Shown here: positions 8,817 to 17,110 of the stretch, piece by piece
How positions within the stretch are numbered: position 1 is the stretch's first letter
Layout of the letters: each line of letters begins with the position of its first letter
DNA from: Sphaerochaetaceae bacterium
GTDB taxonomy: Bacteria; Bacillota; Clostridia; Oscillospirales; CAG-272
Reading direction: 5' to 3'
Length of the DNA: 64,000 nt
Assembly (NCBI GenBank): GCA_963656825.1
Contig: CAVKJG010000001.1
Span: forward strand, 2,059-66,058
Program-made: the position numbers and the translations under genes
The notes under the pieces: model-generated
What the model was told of the DNA's origin: nothing
Databases searched by the model: none
What the model saw: only the letters and a program-made list of their open reading frames with translations

Positions 8817-10262
8817 TTACAGTCCGGGTATCGAGGGGGTGTCCTTCGGCAGCGACGTTTCGCACAGCTTTTCGTTGCAGGTCTGATAAAGGAACTGGAT
8901 TTTGAGCACGTCCCTTGTATATATGCCTTCAAGCTCGCTTGTCGTAAGATTATAGCCGCCGTAGTAGAACAGATACGTCTGAAGATTTGCAAGATCCTCC
9001 TTGTAGTCGCTGTTTGTGTATTCTATTCCGAGCGATTTCTTTACGGCGTGGGTGATGAGCGCCTCCTTTGCGGAAGCCTCCGCGCTCGATTTTATATATT
9101 CGTCTGCGGCTGCCGAGCTTCCGTAAACACGTTTTTTTGCCTCGTCCTCCGATATGCCGTAATTTGATGCCGCCTCGGAGACGGTAGCGGCGACCTCGTC
9201 CTCAAAATATTTTTCGTACTGCGTTATAAGCGACGCCGGATATTCCTTTACGCTTGATTTTTCCACCGTCATATCCATCATTTTGTTTTTCATGTAGTGA
9301 ATCACGCGAAGAGCGTTTTTAAGCTCGTAATAATCGGCAAAATCGGTATTCTGCTTTACCGTTTCGTCCGTGTTGTAAACTTCCTTTACCGTTATGGCAA
9401 ATTCGGCTTCCTTGCCGGCAATCGTGCTGTCGCCATAGCCCGAAGGAAACATTACCTTTATCGTGAATTTATCGCCCGAGCCGTGACCTTTAAGTCCTTC
9501 CTCAAAGCTTTCGAAAAGATATCCGCCGCCTATGCGTATTTTGTAGTCCTCGCCGGAGCCGCCGTCGAATTCCTTGCCGTCTATCGTGCCCTTGAAATCG
9601 AAAACTATCCAGTCGCCGTCCTCGGCTTTGTCCTTTTTGTAGCCGCATTCTTCAAAAAACGCGGATATTTCGGAATATATATCGTCGTCCGTCGTTCCGG
9701 GAAGAACGTCAAGCACCGTAATCGTAAAGCGCACGGACTTCCCCGCCACGCTGTCATCTTCATATGACGACGGGATCGTCATTGTGAAAGAAAACGCCTT
9801 GTCTATGGAAACCTCTCTTTCCGATTCGTAGCTATCTGAGGTATCCTTTATGTCGTAGTGAATTCCGCCGTCAAACTTTTCGTTTGCTACGGTCTTTCCC
9901 ACGCAATAGTTCTCTATGCATTTGTCGTCGCCGTCAAAGCACCAGCTTTCGTAGCGCTTGTAGGAAACGGTCGTCGTCGCGCCGTCCTCTGATGTTTCCT
10001 CCGTTACTATCTCCGCCGTAACGGAAATATCCACGGAAAAACCGTCCTCGACCACAAACGAGGAATCGTTGCTTTTTATTTCTTCGGCATAGCTTTTGCG
10101 GTATTCTTCGTATCTTTTTTCAAAATCGGCGTAGGTGAAGCTGTTGTAATCCGCAAGCTCGACGTATTTTGAAAGGTCCTCCTTGTCATAGTTGAAGCCG
10201 CACCCGCACAAAGCAACGGCAAGCACGGAAAGGAGCATAATAAAACAAACTGTTTTTTTCAT
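8817..10262 (-). CDS. lipoprotein with trigger-factor-type FKBP PPIase domain and TF C-terminal-like domain
   Basis: Signal peptide plus lipobox (LAVALCGCG). GDWIVFDFKGTIDGKEFDGGSGEDY...GLKGHGSGDKFTIKVMFP...IAGKEAEFAITVKEV closely parallels the trigger factor PPIase domain. Confidence 0.75.
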   Translation of the reverse strand: MKKTVCFIMLLSVLAVALCGCGFNYDKEDLSKYVELADYNSFTYADFEKRYEEYRKSYAEEIKSNDSSFVVEDGFSVDISVTAEIVTEETSEDGATTTVSYKRYESWCFDGDDKCIENYCVGKTVANEKFDGGIHYDIKDTSDSYESEREVSIDKAFSFTMTIPSSYEDDSVAGKSVRFTITVLDVLPGTTDDDIYSEISAFFEECGYKKDKAEDGDWIVFDFKGTIDGKEFDGGSGEDYKIRIGGGYLFESFEEGLKGHGSGDKFTIKVMFPSGYGDSTIAGKEAEFAITVKEVYNTDETVKQNTDFADYYELKNALRVIHYMKNKMMDMTVEKSSVKEYPASLITQYEKYFEDEVAATVSEAASNYGISEDEAKKRVYGSSAAADEYIKSSAEASAKEALITHAVKKSLGIEYTNSDYKEDLANLQTYLFYYGGYNLTTSELEGIYTRDVLKIQFLYQTCNEKLCETSLPKDTPSIPGL

Positions 10263-10348
10263 TTTTATCTCTTTCGCTGTTTATTTATTTCAATCTACCA
10301 CGCAAAGCGCGCCAAATCAACCGCAGACGCCGAATGTTTGCACTTTAT

Positions 10349-11191
10349 TCAAACATTCTTAACGTCGGGATGGTAAAGCCCGAATTTTTCGCGCAGATAG
10401 TCGAGCGAGCGGTTGAGCGTCGCTATATCAACGCCGCCGTCGTCTGAAAGCACGGGCGATTCAAGCGTCACGCTGCCCTCGTAGTGCGGCATATTTGAAA
10501 TAATATGGTCAAAATCGACCTTTCCCTCTCCGGGCTGAAGAATGGGACGTATAAGCCCGAGCTCGTTCTGAGTGCCGTTATATGAGCTTGCATGCATATG
10601 CTTTACGTTTTTCCACACCGGACTTGCGAAAATATCCATATACTGATCGTGAAATTTTCCGAAGCGCGTATCGAAAATAAATCCCATATCGGGAATTCTC
10701 GAATATATTTTCTCCCATATCGAAAGCGGATCGTTGTAAACGCACGGAATGTTTTCTATAAGCAGCTCCGTTCCCGCCTCCGCGCATATGTCGCGCATCT
10801 GCGGAAGAAGCTCTATCGCGCCGTCAACCGCGCTGTCGGACTTCGGCCCTCCCCACAGATGAAAGACCGCCTTTTTAGCTCCGATAAGCTTTGCCAGCCT
10901 TGCGTTTTCGCAGAAAAGCTTCATCGCTTCGGCATTTGTTTTTTCGTCGCCGTCGGCGAGCATTATGCCTATATCCTTGTCAAAATGTATTACGGGAATA
11001 TAAATTTCCGCTTTTTTTAATGCTTCCGCTATTTCGTCTGTCCTGTTGTACCAGAAGCGCAGCATCATAAGCTCAAGCCCGTCCGCGCGGATATCCTTTG
11101 CATTGTTTATTATAACTTTATAATCGAAATTGTTCGCTCTGCCCACGATCGTGCCCGTGGAAGCATAAAATTTGTTTTTCAGCTCACTCAT
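10349..11191 (-). CDS. xylose isomerase-like TIM-barrel protein (sugar phosphate isomerase/epimerase / AP endonuclease 2 superfamily)
   Basis: Length and pattern (LELMM..., VFHLWGG, LLIENIP, HMHAS) fit the AP_endonuc_2/TIM-barrel family. The preferred start is ATG 11191 (MSELKNKF), which overlaps the lexA stop by 8 nt; an alternative TTG is at 11209. Confidence 0.65.
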   Translation of the reverse strand: MSELKNKFYASTGTIVGRANNFDYKVIINNAKDIRADGLELMMLRFWYNRTDEIAEALKKAEIYIPVIHFDKDIGIMLADGDEKTNAEAMKLFCENARLAKLIGAKKAVFHLWGGPKSDSAVDGAIELLPQMRDICAEAGTELLIENIPCVYNDPLSIWEKIYSRIPDMGFIFDTRFGKFHDQYMDIFASPVWKNVKHMHASSYNGTQNELGLIRPILQPGEGKVDFDHIISNMPHYEGSVTLESPVLSDDGGVDIATLNRSLDYLREKFGLYHPDVKNV

Positions 11192-11807
11192 AATAACGTA
11201 CGTTTGCAATTACCTTTCCGAGAATGTATACCTCTTTCGCTATTATAGGCTTCATCGTTTTGTTTTCGGGCTGAAGTCTGAATACCCCGTTTTCCTTATA
11301 AAACGTTTTGACGGTCGCCTCGTCGCCCACAAGCACGACTGCGATATCGCCGTCCTCAACGTAGCTTGTCCGGCTGACTATAACATAGTCGCCGTCCATA
11401 ATGCCGGCATCTATCATGCTTTCACCCTTTACCGCAAGAGCAAAAAGCTCGTTGCGGACGCCTGCCGTTCTCGGAGGGCAGAAGTCTATAAAGCCGTCAA
11501 AGTTTTCCTCCGCAAGAATGGGAAGTCCCGCCGCGACCTGTCCCAGTACCGGAACGCTCACGTTTGAAGAAGCGGTCTTTTCGGAATCGCCGCCGAGACG
11601 CAGCGTCCTGCTTTTTCCCTGCTCCTTGCGGATATAATCCTTTTTTTCAAGACGTTCGAGATACGAATGAACGGTTGCCGTGCTTTTTATTCCGAGCGCG
11701 GTTTTGATATCGCGCACCGACGGAGAATACCCGTTTTTCTCCATCGTGGAGCAGATATAATCGTACACGCGGCGTTCGCGTTCGGTCAGCTTTTCCATAG
11801 AAAACAT
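11184..11807 (-). CDS. lexA: LexA repressor
   Basis: N-terminal winged HTH (SVRDIKTALGIKSTATVHSYLERLEKKDYI) and an S24 peptidase domain with GESM...K. An SOS-box-like site lies upstream. Confidence 0.95.
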   Translation of the reverse strand: MFSMEKLTERERRVYDYICSTMEKNGYSPSVRDIKTALGIKSTATVHSYLERLEKKDYIRKEQGKSRTLRLGGDSEKTASSNVSVPVLGQVAAGLPILAEENFDGFIDFCPPRTAGVRNELFALAVKGESMIDAGIMDGDYVIVSRTSYVEDGDIAVVLVGDEATVKTFYKENGVFRLQPENKTMKPIIAKEVYILGKVIANVRYYE

Positions 11808-11842
11808 CCCCCTTGTGAAAAATTTTATTTTCTTTTCTGCTT

Positions 11843-11871
11843 ATTATACCACACTTTTATTCAAAATGCAA
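11843..11871 (-). promoter_or_regulatory. sigma-A promoter of lexA (TTGCAT-N17-TGgTATAAT)
   Basis: -10 at 11843-11848 with an extended TG, and -35 at 11866-11871 (minus strand). Confidence 0.7.
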
Positions 11872-11881
11872 ACTTTTGTTC
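11870..11881 (-). promoter_or_regulatory. SOS (Cheo) box-like LexA operator, GAAC-AAAA-GTTT
   Basis: The minus strand reads AGAACAAAAGTTTG, one mismatch from the Firmicutes GAAC-N4-GTTC. It overlaps the -35 element of the lexA promoter. Confidence 0.6.
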
Positions 11882-11956
11882 TTGTTTTTTTGAAATTTTT
11901 CATCGCTTTGAAAAAATATTCCCCGTGCAAAGCGGTTTTAAGCCTTTTTTCCGTGC

Positions 11957-11985
11957 TTGACACAACTCGCCGCAAGTGATACAAT
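11957..11985 (+). promoter_or_regulatory. sigma-A promoter (TTGACA-N17-TGaTACAAT) for the beta-helix gene
   Basis: Exact TTGACA at 11957-11962 and TACAAT at 11980-11985 with an upstream TG. Confidence 0.7.
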
Positions 11986-12017
11986 TTAGAAAATCGCAGA
12001 AAAAAGGAGCCTTTCAA

Positions 12018-13145
12018 ATGGCTGATTATTATATCGATTCACTCACCGGTCTTGACGAAAACGACGGCAAAAGTCCGTCCTCTCCGCTTCCGTCGCACAC
12101 GGGCATTTCACTTTTGCCGGGCGACACCGTATATTTCCGCCGCGGAAGCGAATATCGCTGCGGAATTTTTTCTCCGAGCGGGGAAAGGGACAAGCCGATA
12201 ACCTTCAAGACCTACGGAGAAGGTCCCGCGCCGAAATTTTTCGGCTCGAAAAACTGCTCCGGCGGATGGCTCTGGGAAGAAACCGGAAAAAACATCTACC
12301 GCCTGAGAATGCCGCTTGCAAGCGAGCCGGGAAATATCGTTTTCGGATTCGGAAAAAGCTTCGGCACGCTCGTGTGGAGCAAAAGCGACCTTGACGAAAA
12401 CGGAAAATGGTGGTTTTCGGCATACGGCTGTCAGAAAAGCGTTCCGCAGGGCGCGGAGCTTTATCTGTATTCGGAGGGAAATCCGTCCGATGTGTTCGGC
12501 GATATAGAAATCGCGCTTTTCGGAAACCGCTGTCTTGCCTCGGGAAAAAGCTTTGTCCGCTTTGAAGGACTGCATTTTCTCTGCTCGGGACTTCACGGCT
12601 ACGCGCAGACAAAGCCGTCGGATATCGGAATTTCCGACTGCCGCTTTGACTTCATCGGCGGCTGCGTATGGAACGAAAAACGGAAAATACGCTACGGAAA
12701 CGCCGTTGAATTCTGGAACGGCGCGGAAAACTGCACAATCGAAAACTGTGAATTTCTCGAAATCTACGATTCGTGCTTTACGACTCAGGGCGGAGCGGAC
12801 TGCGGCGATTTTGAAAACATCGTTTTCAGAAGCAACACAATGTATAACTACGGCTTTGCGGCGTATGAAATACGCGACAGGATCGGCAAAAACGTTTCGT
12901 TTGAGTTCAACGTCTGCGACGGAGCGGGGCTCGGCTTTTCGTCACAGCACGAGGGCGGAACAAGAACCTCCGAAATATATCCCGAGCCTGTCGGAAGTCA
13001 CATCTTCGCGTGGCGGATAGAAAAGCCGACCGACAGCGGAAAAATACGCATAATGAGCAACGTCTTCCGCGGCACGCCGAAGGGCGATGTGTTCACGAAA
13101 AGAATAGCTCCGTCCGCGCTCGCGCAGATACAGACGGACTTTTAA
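12018..13145 (+). CDS. right-handed parallel beta-helix repeat protein, unknown function
   Basis: ATG 12018 follows an AAAAAGGAG RBS. The upstream GTG at 11976 falls inside the promoter. The N-terminus (DGKSPSSPL...PGDTVYFRRGSEY) is typical of beta-helix (pectate-lyase-fold) proteins. No signal peptide. Confidence 0.6.
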   Translation: MADYYIDSLTGLDENDGKSPSSPLPSHTGISLLPGDTVYFRRGSEYRCGIFSPSGERDKPITFKTYGEGPAPKFFGSKNCSGGWLWEETGKNIYRLRMPLASEPGNIVFGFGKSFGTLVWSKSDLDENGKWWFSAYGCQKSVPQGAELYLYSEGNPSDVFGDIEIALFGNRCLASGKSFVRFEGLHFLCSGLHGYAQTKPSDIGISDCRFDFIGGCVWNEKRKIRYGNAVEFWNGAENCTIENCEFLEIYDSCFTTQGGADCGDFENIVFRSNTMYNYGFAAYEIRDRIGKNVSFEFNVCDGAGLGFSSQHEGGTRTSEIYPEPVGSHIFAWRIEKPTDSGKIRIMSNVFRGTPKGDVFTKRIAPSALAQIQTDF

Positions 13146-13161
13146 TACACAAGTATAAAAT
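13144..13161. repeat. TTATAC-N4-GTATAA dyad, copy a (AATACacaaGTATAAAAT)
   Basis: It overlaps the stop codon of the beta-helix gene and runs into the terminator stem. One core mismatch. Confidence 0.7.
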
Positions 13162-13205
13162 CGGAAATTCCGTATTGCCGCTGTGAATTTCCGATTTTTT
13201 GTTTT
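13158..13205 (+). terminator. rho-independent terminator after the beta-helix gene
   Basis: A 13-bp stem AAATCGGAAATTC / GAATTTCCGATTT followed by a T-run. Confidence 0.8.
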
Positions 13206-13240
13206 GATTTTATTTTTTTCGCGGAAAGTATTGAAAAGTG

Positions 13241-13269
13241 TTGAAAAGCGCTGTTTTGCGTGATATACT
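13241..13269 (+). promoter_or_regulatory. sigma-A promoter of pfp (TTGAAA-N17-TGaTATACT)
   Basis: -35 at 13241-13246 (a tandem TTGAAAAG repeat also starts at 13231) and -10 at 13264-13269. Confidence 0.6.
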
Positions 13270-13309
13270 TATCCTGTAAATTTTGTTTTGACGAAAGGAT
13301 AAAACTGTT

Positions 13310-14539
13310 ATGAACAAACTCTACGGCAATGCTGTAATAGGTCAGTCCGGCGGTCCGACCGCGGCTATAAATGCTACGCTTTCGGGCGTTGTGCGCGGCT
13401 GTAAAAACGCAGACTGCATAGGAAAAATATACGGCGCGATAAACGGCGTCGAAGGCGTTCTTGCCGAGCGCTTCTGCGATCTCGGAGAAAGGCTTCCGGA
13501 CGAAAAATCGCTTGAGCTTCTCGAGCAGACTCCCGCCGCCGCTCTCGGCTCGTGCAGAAAAAAGCTTCCCAAGCCCGAGGACGATCCCGCAACGTTTGAA
13601 AAGCTCGTTGAGATTTTCAGAAAATACGATATCCGCTATTTCTTTTACATCGGCGGAAACGACTCGATGGATACCGTCGCAAAGCTTTCGCGCTACTGCG
13701 CTTCTGTCGGCTTCGATATGCGCGTTATGGGCGTACCGAAAACAATAGACAACGACCTTGCCGGCACAGACCATACGCCCGGCTTCGGCTCCGCCGCAAA
13801 ATATATCGCAACCGTAACGCAGGAAGTCCTGCTCGATACGGCGGTCTACACGGTGAAAGCCGTCACGATAATAGAAATAATGGGGCGCGACGCGGGATGG
13901 CTCACCGCCGCAGCGGCGCTTCCCTCGCTTTCGGGCATCGCTCCCGACCTTGTGTATCTGCCCGAAGTCCCCTTTGACTACGAAAAGTTCTATGAGGATA
14001 TTGCCGCGGCGTTTGAAAAGCACCCGAACGTTGTCGTTGCGGTTTCGGAGGGTGCGCGCACCGCGGACGGAACATACGTCGGCGAAGGCGCTCAGAGCGG
14101 TGCGGTCGATGTTTTCGGTCACAAATATCTTTCCGGCACGGGAAAAGCGCTTGAGCTTACCGTAAAGGAAAAATTCGGCTGTAAGGTGCGCTCGATCGAG
14201 CTAAACCTGCCGCAGAGATGCGCGGCTCACATCCGCTCGAAAACCGACATCGATGAATCCGTTATGATCGGCAAAGCCGCCGCGGATTATGCGGTAAACG
14301 GCGAAACCGGCAAAATGGCGTGCTTTGCAAGAATGTCATCCGAACCTTACAAATGCGAAGCCGGACTTTGCGATATCGCCTCCGTTGCGAACGCCGTCAG
14401 AAGCGTGCCGAGAGAATTTATCAATGCGCGCGGAAACGGCGTCACCGAGGAATGTGTAAAATACATCGCTCCGCTTATAATGGGCGAGGCTGAATGCACC
14501 TACAAAAACGGACTTCCCGATTTTATAACCCTCAAATAA
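13310..14539 (+). CDS. pfp: 6-phosphofructokinase, probably PPi-dependent (diphosphate--fructose-6-phosphate 1-phosphotransferase)
   Basis: GQSGGPTAAINA, GGNDS and MGRDAGW motifs. PKTIDND carries Lys where ATP-PFKs have Gly. Confidence 0.85.
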   Translation: MNKLYGNAVIGQSGGPTAAINATLSGVVRGCKNADCIGKIYGAINGVEGVLAERFCDLGERLPDEKSLELLEQTPAAALGSCRKKLPKPEDDPATFEKLVEIFRKYDIRYFFYIGGNDSMDTVAKLSRYCASVGFDMRVMGVPKTIDNDLAGTDHTPGFGSAAKYIATVTQEVLLDTAVYTVKAVTIIEIMGRDAGWLTAAAALPSLSGIAPDLVYLPEVPFDYEKFYEDIAAAFEKHPNVVVAVSEGARTADGTYVGEGAQSGAVDVFGHKYLSGTGKALELTVKEKFGCKVRSIELNLPQRCAAHIRSKTDIDESVMIGKAAADYAVNGETGKMACFARMSSEPYKCEAGLCDIASVANAVRSVPREFINARGNGVTEECVKYIAPLIMGEAECTYKNGLPDFITLK

Positions 14540-14550
14540 TCGGCGCACAT

Positions 14551-15684
14551 ATGTACACATACGAAAAAAAGACCGAATATTCCTATAATTTCGGCACGGT
14601 AAAGGAGCTTTCCTACGTCTGTCGCAGAAACGGGATAAACATCCCGATGCGCGAGGATGTATCTCCTCTTTCGGAAAAGCCGAAGATGCGTCTGAAAGAC
14701 GGAAGCCTTATCTCTCTTGCAAATCCGATTGCCGTAAATCCCATGGAATGTCTTGATTTCTGCGGCGACGGCTCGCCGTCCTTCCTTTCGGAAAGGCGGT
14801 GGCTTCGCTTTGCCTCGTCGGGCGCGGGACTTATATATTGCGGCACCGCCGCGCTTGACAAGGACTGCCGCCGATGTGACCGTCAGCTTGTTGTCACGCA
14901 TGATAATATACACAAGTATAAAATGCTGATAAGCAAGATGCGGGCTGTATCTTCCGCTCCTTTGATAATTCAGCTTTCGGCGGGAAAAGCAAATCACAAA
15001 GCCGTTGCGAAAAGGTTTTCCGCCGCCGCAAAGCTCGCCTTTGAGGCAGGCTTTGACGGCGTTGACATAAAGCTTTGTCACGGCGATGTTCTCTGCCCGT
15101 CCGATATCGGCGGGGTTTTCGGTTCGGTGGTCGATATAGCTCCGCGCGGCGCTGTAATCTCCTGCCGATACGGTCTTTCGGGAAACGCCGAAAATGACGC
15201 AAAAACCGTTTTGTCACTCTGCGAAAAAGGACTTTCCGCCGTGAATATAACCGCCGGCTCTCCCGACGGAAAAAGTCATCTTTGCTTTCCGTCAAACGTT
15301 TCCGAAGAAAAGCCGCCGGAGCATCCGCTGAAAAGCCTTGAAAGGCTTATCTGCGGAGCGGCTGAAATAAAAAAAGCCGCGCCGCAGCTGTGCGTCATAG
15401 CCTCAGGGCTGAGCTATCTCAAAAACCTTGCGCCGTATGTCGCGGCGGAAATTATCGCCTCGGGAAAAAGCGATATGGTCGGCTTCGGCCGCGCGGCTCT
15501 TGCCGATCCCTTTTTTGCGGAAAATTTCATTTCGGGAAAAGCCGAGCCGAAATGCTCGTGCATCGCATGCGGAAAATGCGCAAAGCTTTACCTTTCGGGC
15601 GAGGTCGTCGGCTGCCCGATAAGAGATCAGGAATTTTATCTTCCGGTTCTGAGAAAAATTTTAGGGCAAAATCCGCAGGATTGA
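14551..15684 (+). CDS. OYE/enoate-reductase-like TIM-barrel oxidoreductase with C-terminal Cys cluster motif (atypical active site)
   Basis: Family-like layout (LANPIAVNPME...DGSPS...GAGLIYCGTAAL...IIQLSAG) and CIACGKC...GC at the C-terminus. ATG 14551 lies after the pfp stop codon and has no strong RBS. Confidence 0.55.
   Translation: MYTYEKKTEYSYNFGTVKELSYVCRRNGINIPMREDVSPLSEKPKMRLKDGSLISLANPIAVNPMECLDFCGDGSPSFLSERRWLRFASSGAGLIYCGTAALDKDCRRCDRQLVVTHDNIHKYKMLISKMRAVSSAPLIIQLSAGKANHKAVAKRFSAAAKLAFEAGFDGVDIKLCHGDVLCPSDIGGVFGSVVDIAPRGAVISCRYGLSGNAENDAKTVLSLCEKGLSAVNITAGSPDGKSHLCFPSNVSEEKPPEHPLKSLERLICGAAEIKKAAPQLCVIASGLSYLKNLAPYVAAEIIASGKSDMVGFGRAALADPFFAENFISGKAEPKCSCIACGKCAKLYLSGEVVGCPIRDQEFYLPVLRKILGQNPQD
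14907..14924. repeat. TTATAC-N4-GTATAA dyad, copy c (TATACacaaGTATAAAAT)
   Basis: Perfect core, inside the OYE-like CDS (codons HDNIHKYKML). 17 nt are identical to copy a. Confidence 0.7.
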
Positions 15685-15715
15685 AAAACCCTTGCGCTGT
15701 CTGCGTTCTGGAATT

Positions 15716-15733
15716 TATACACAAGTATAGAAT
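15716..15733. repeat. TTATAC-N4-GTATAA dyad, copy b (TATACacaaGTATAGAAT)
   Basis: Perfect core, 30 nt after the OYE-like stop codon and directly before the bidirectional terminator. Confidence 0.7.
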
Positions 15734-15736
15734 ATT

Positions 15737-15773
15737 AAAAAACCGGCACGGCAGAAGCCGTGCCGGTTTTTTG
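15737..15773. terminator. bidirectional terminator between the OYE-like gene (+) and the serpin gene (-)
   Basis: AAAAAACCGGCACGGC-agaa-GCCGTGCCGGTTTTTT. Confidence 0.85.
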
Positions 15774-15782
15774 TCATCGGAT

Positions 15783-17081
15783 TTATTTTATCTCCGTAAC
15801 CACTCCCATAAAGAGCGGAAGCTTTGTATTTGTATCGATTATAAAATATACAAACGGTCTGTCGAGCCTTACGTCAACGATTTTTTTCGACTCTGCCGCC
15901 ACGCAATTTTCCCATATCACCGCCGTGACGGCTGCCGCTCTTGTGCCTGACTGCGTTACCTCAATGTGCGTTTTGTGAAGCACATCTCCTATATAAAGAT
16001 TGTTTTCGCAATCGCCTATGCCCGAAAAGTCGGCTTCGACGGGAGAGAAAGCTTTTTTCAGTCCCATTGACACGAGCGCATCGTAAAGACTGAGTTCATA
16101 GTCGTATTCAAACTTGGGGAGATATGCCCTTGCTTTGCGGGTATAATCGTTTTTCTTTCCGGAAAGTATCTGCCCGAGCTCATCGCCCGAAAGCGAAGCG
16201 ACATAATCGAAAACGTCGCCGTCCGGAAGCATTGCAACGAAAGCATAGCTTCCTTCATAATCTTTGCGGAAGCCGACGGCGCCTTTGGCGCTTATATATG
16301 TTTCCGTGCTTACCATAAACGTTGCGTTGCTCTTGCTGTTATCGTACGATTGGAATGTTCCGTTTGCACATTGATTGTCAGTATACTGATTGCTCCACAG
16401 AGCGTCGAAAACAAGCGCGTTTATAAGTATCATTACCGTATCCGAATCGATAGCGTCGATGATCTCATCTATCATATCGTCCGTATGCTCGCTCACCCAC
16501 TTGTTTATCTTATCGACGGTTTTCTGATTGAAGAAATCTTCTTCATATGCCTGAGCGTCGTAGTAGCTTTTGTTCAACTGCAAAAAGTCATCGTGAACGG
16601 CTACTCTGCCGTCCTTTCCGAACCATATAGAATTTGCCAGCTCAACCTTCGCCTTGTCTCCGCTGTAAAGCGAATGTGCAAGCGTGTAAAGATATGCGTT
16701 TGCTTCGTCTACTGAGAAGCCGAAAAGCTTTTCAAATTCTTCTCTTGTTTCTCCCATTGCTCCGTTCGATGTCATACCGAGAGCAACTATAACGGAAAGC
16801 GGCGAGATAAGCGAGCTTTTCTTGTCCTCGTCAAGCGTGCTTTGCATAAGCTTTACGGCAAAATCAAGCATGCCGCTTTTGAATTTTTCATCGGCGTTCT
16901 TTCCCGTAACCTCCGTTGCGACAAAATCCTTGAGCAGATCGCCTGCGGCTTTTGCGTTTGTAGGTTCAACCGTCGGCAGATCGCCCCTTGTTACTTTAGG
17001 TTCAACCTTTGTCTTTGCGCACGAGCAAAGCGAAAGCGCCAGCATTGAAAGCGCAAGTATCATTGCAAAAATTCTTTTCAT
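15783..17081 (-). CDS. serpin-family serine protease inhibitor, lipoprotein
   Basis: Lipobox LALSLCSCA, serpin hinge/RCL (EVTQSGTRAAAVTAV) and the C-terminal DRPFVYFIID motif. Confidence 0.88.
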   Translation of the reverse strand: MKRIFAMILALSMLALSLCSCAKTKVEPKVTRGDLPTVEPTNAKAAGDLLKDFVATEVTGKNADEKFKSGMLDFAVKLMQSTLDEDKKSSLISPLSVIVALGMTSNGAMGETREEFEKLFGFSVDEANAYLYTLAHSLYSGDKAKVELANSIWFGKDGRVAVHDDFLQLNKSYYDAQAYEEDFFNQKTVDKINKWVSEHTDDMIDEIIDAIDSDTVMILINALVFDALWSNQYTDNQCANGTFQSYDNSKSNATFMVSTETYISAKGAVGFRKDYEGSYAFVAMLPDGDVFDYVASLSGDELGQILSGKKNDYTRKARAYLPKFEYDYELSLYDALVSMGLKKAFSPVEADFSGIGDCENNLYIGDVLHKTHIEVTQSGTRAAAVTAVIWENCVAAESKKIVDVRLDRPFVYFIIDTNTKLPLFMGVVTEIK

Positions 17082-17110
17082 TTCGGTTTTCCTCCGTTAT
17101 AATAATATTT

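Noticed and set aside
10332-10358. The inverted repeat GAATGTTTG-N9-CAAACATTC overlapping the stop codon of the TIM-barrel gene, considered as a terminator or operator.
   Set aside because: No U-tract follows it on the transcribed (minus) strand, it is a single occurrence, and it is probably just an intercistronic hairpin. There is not enough evidence to call a feature.
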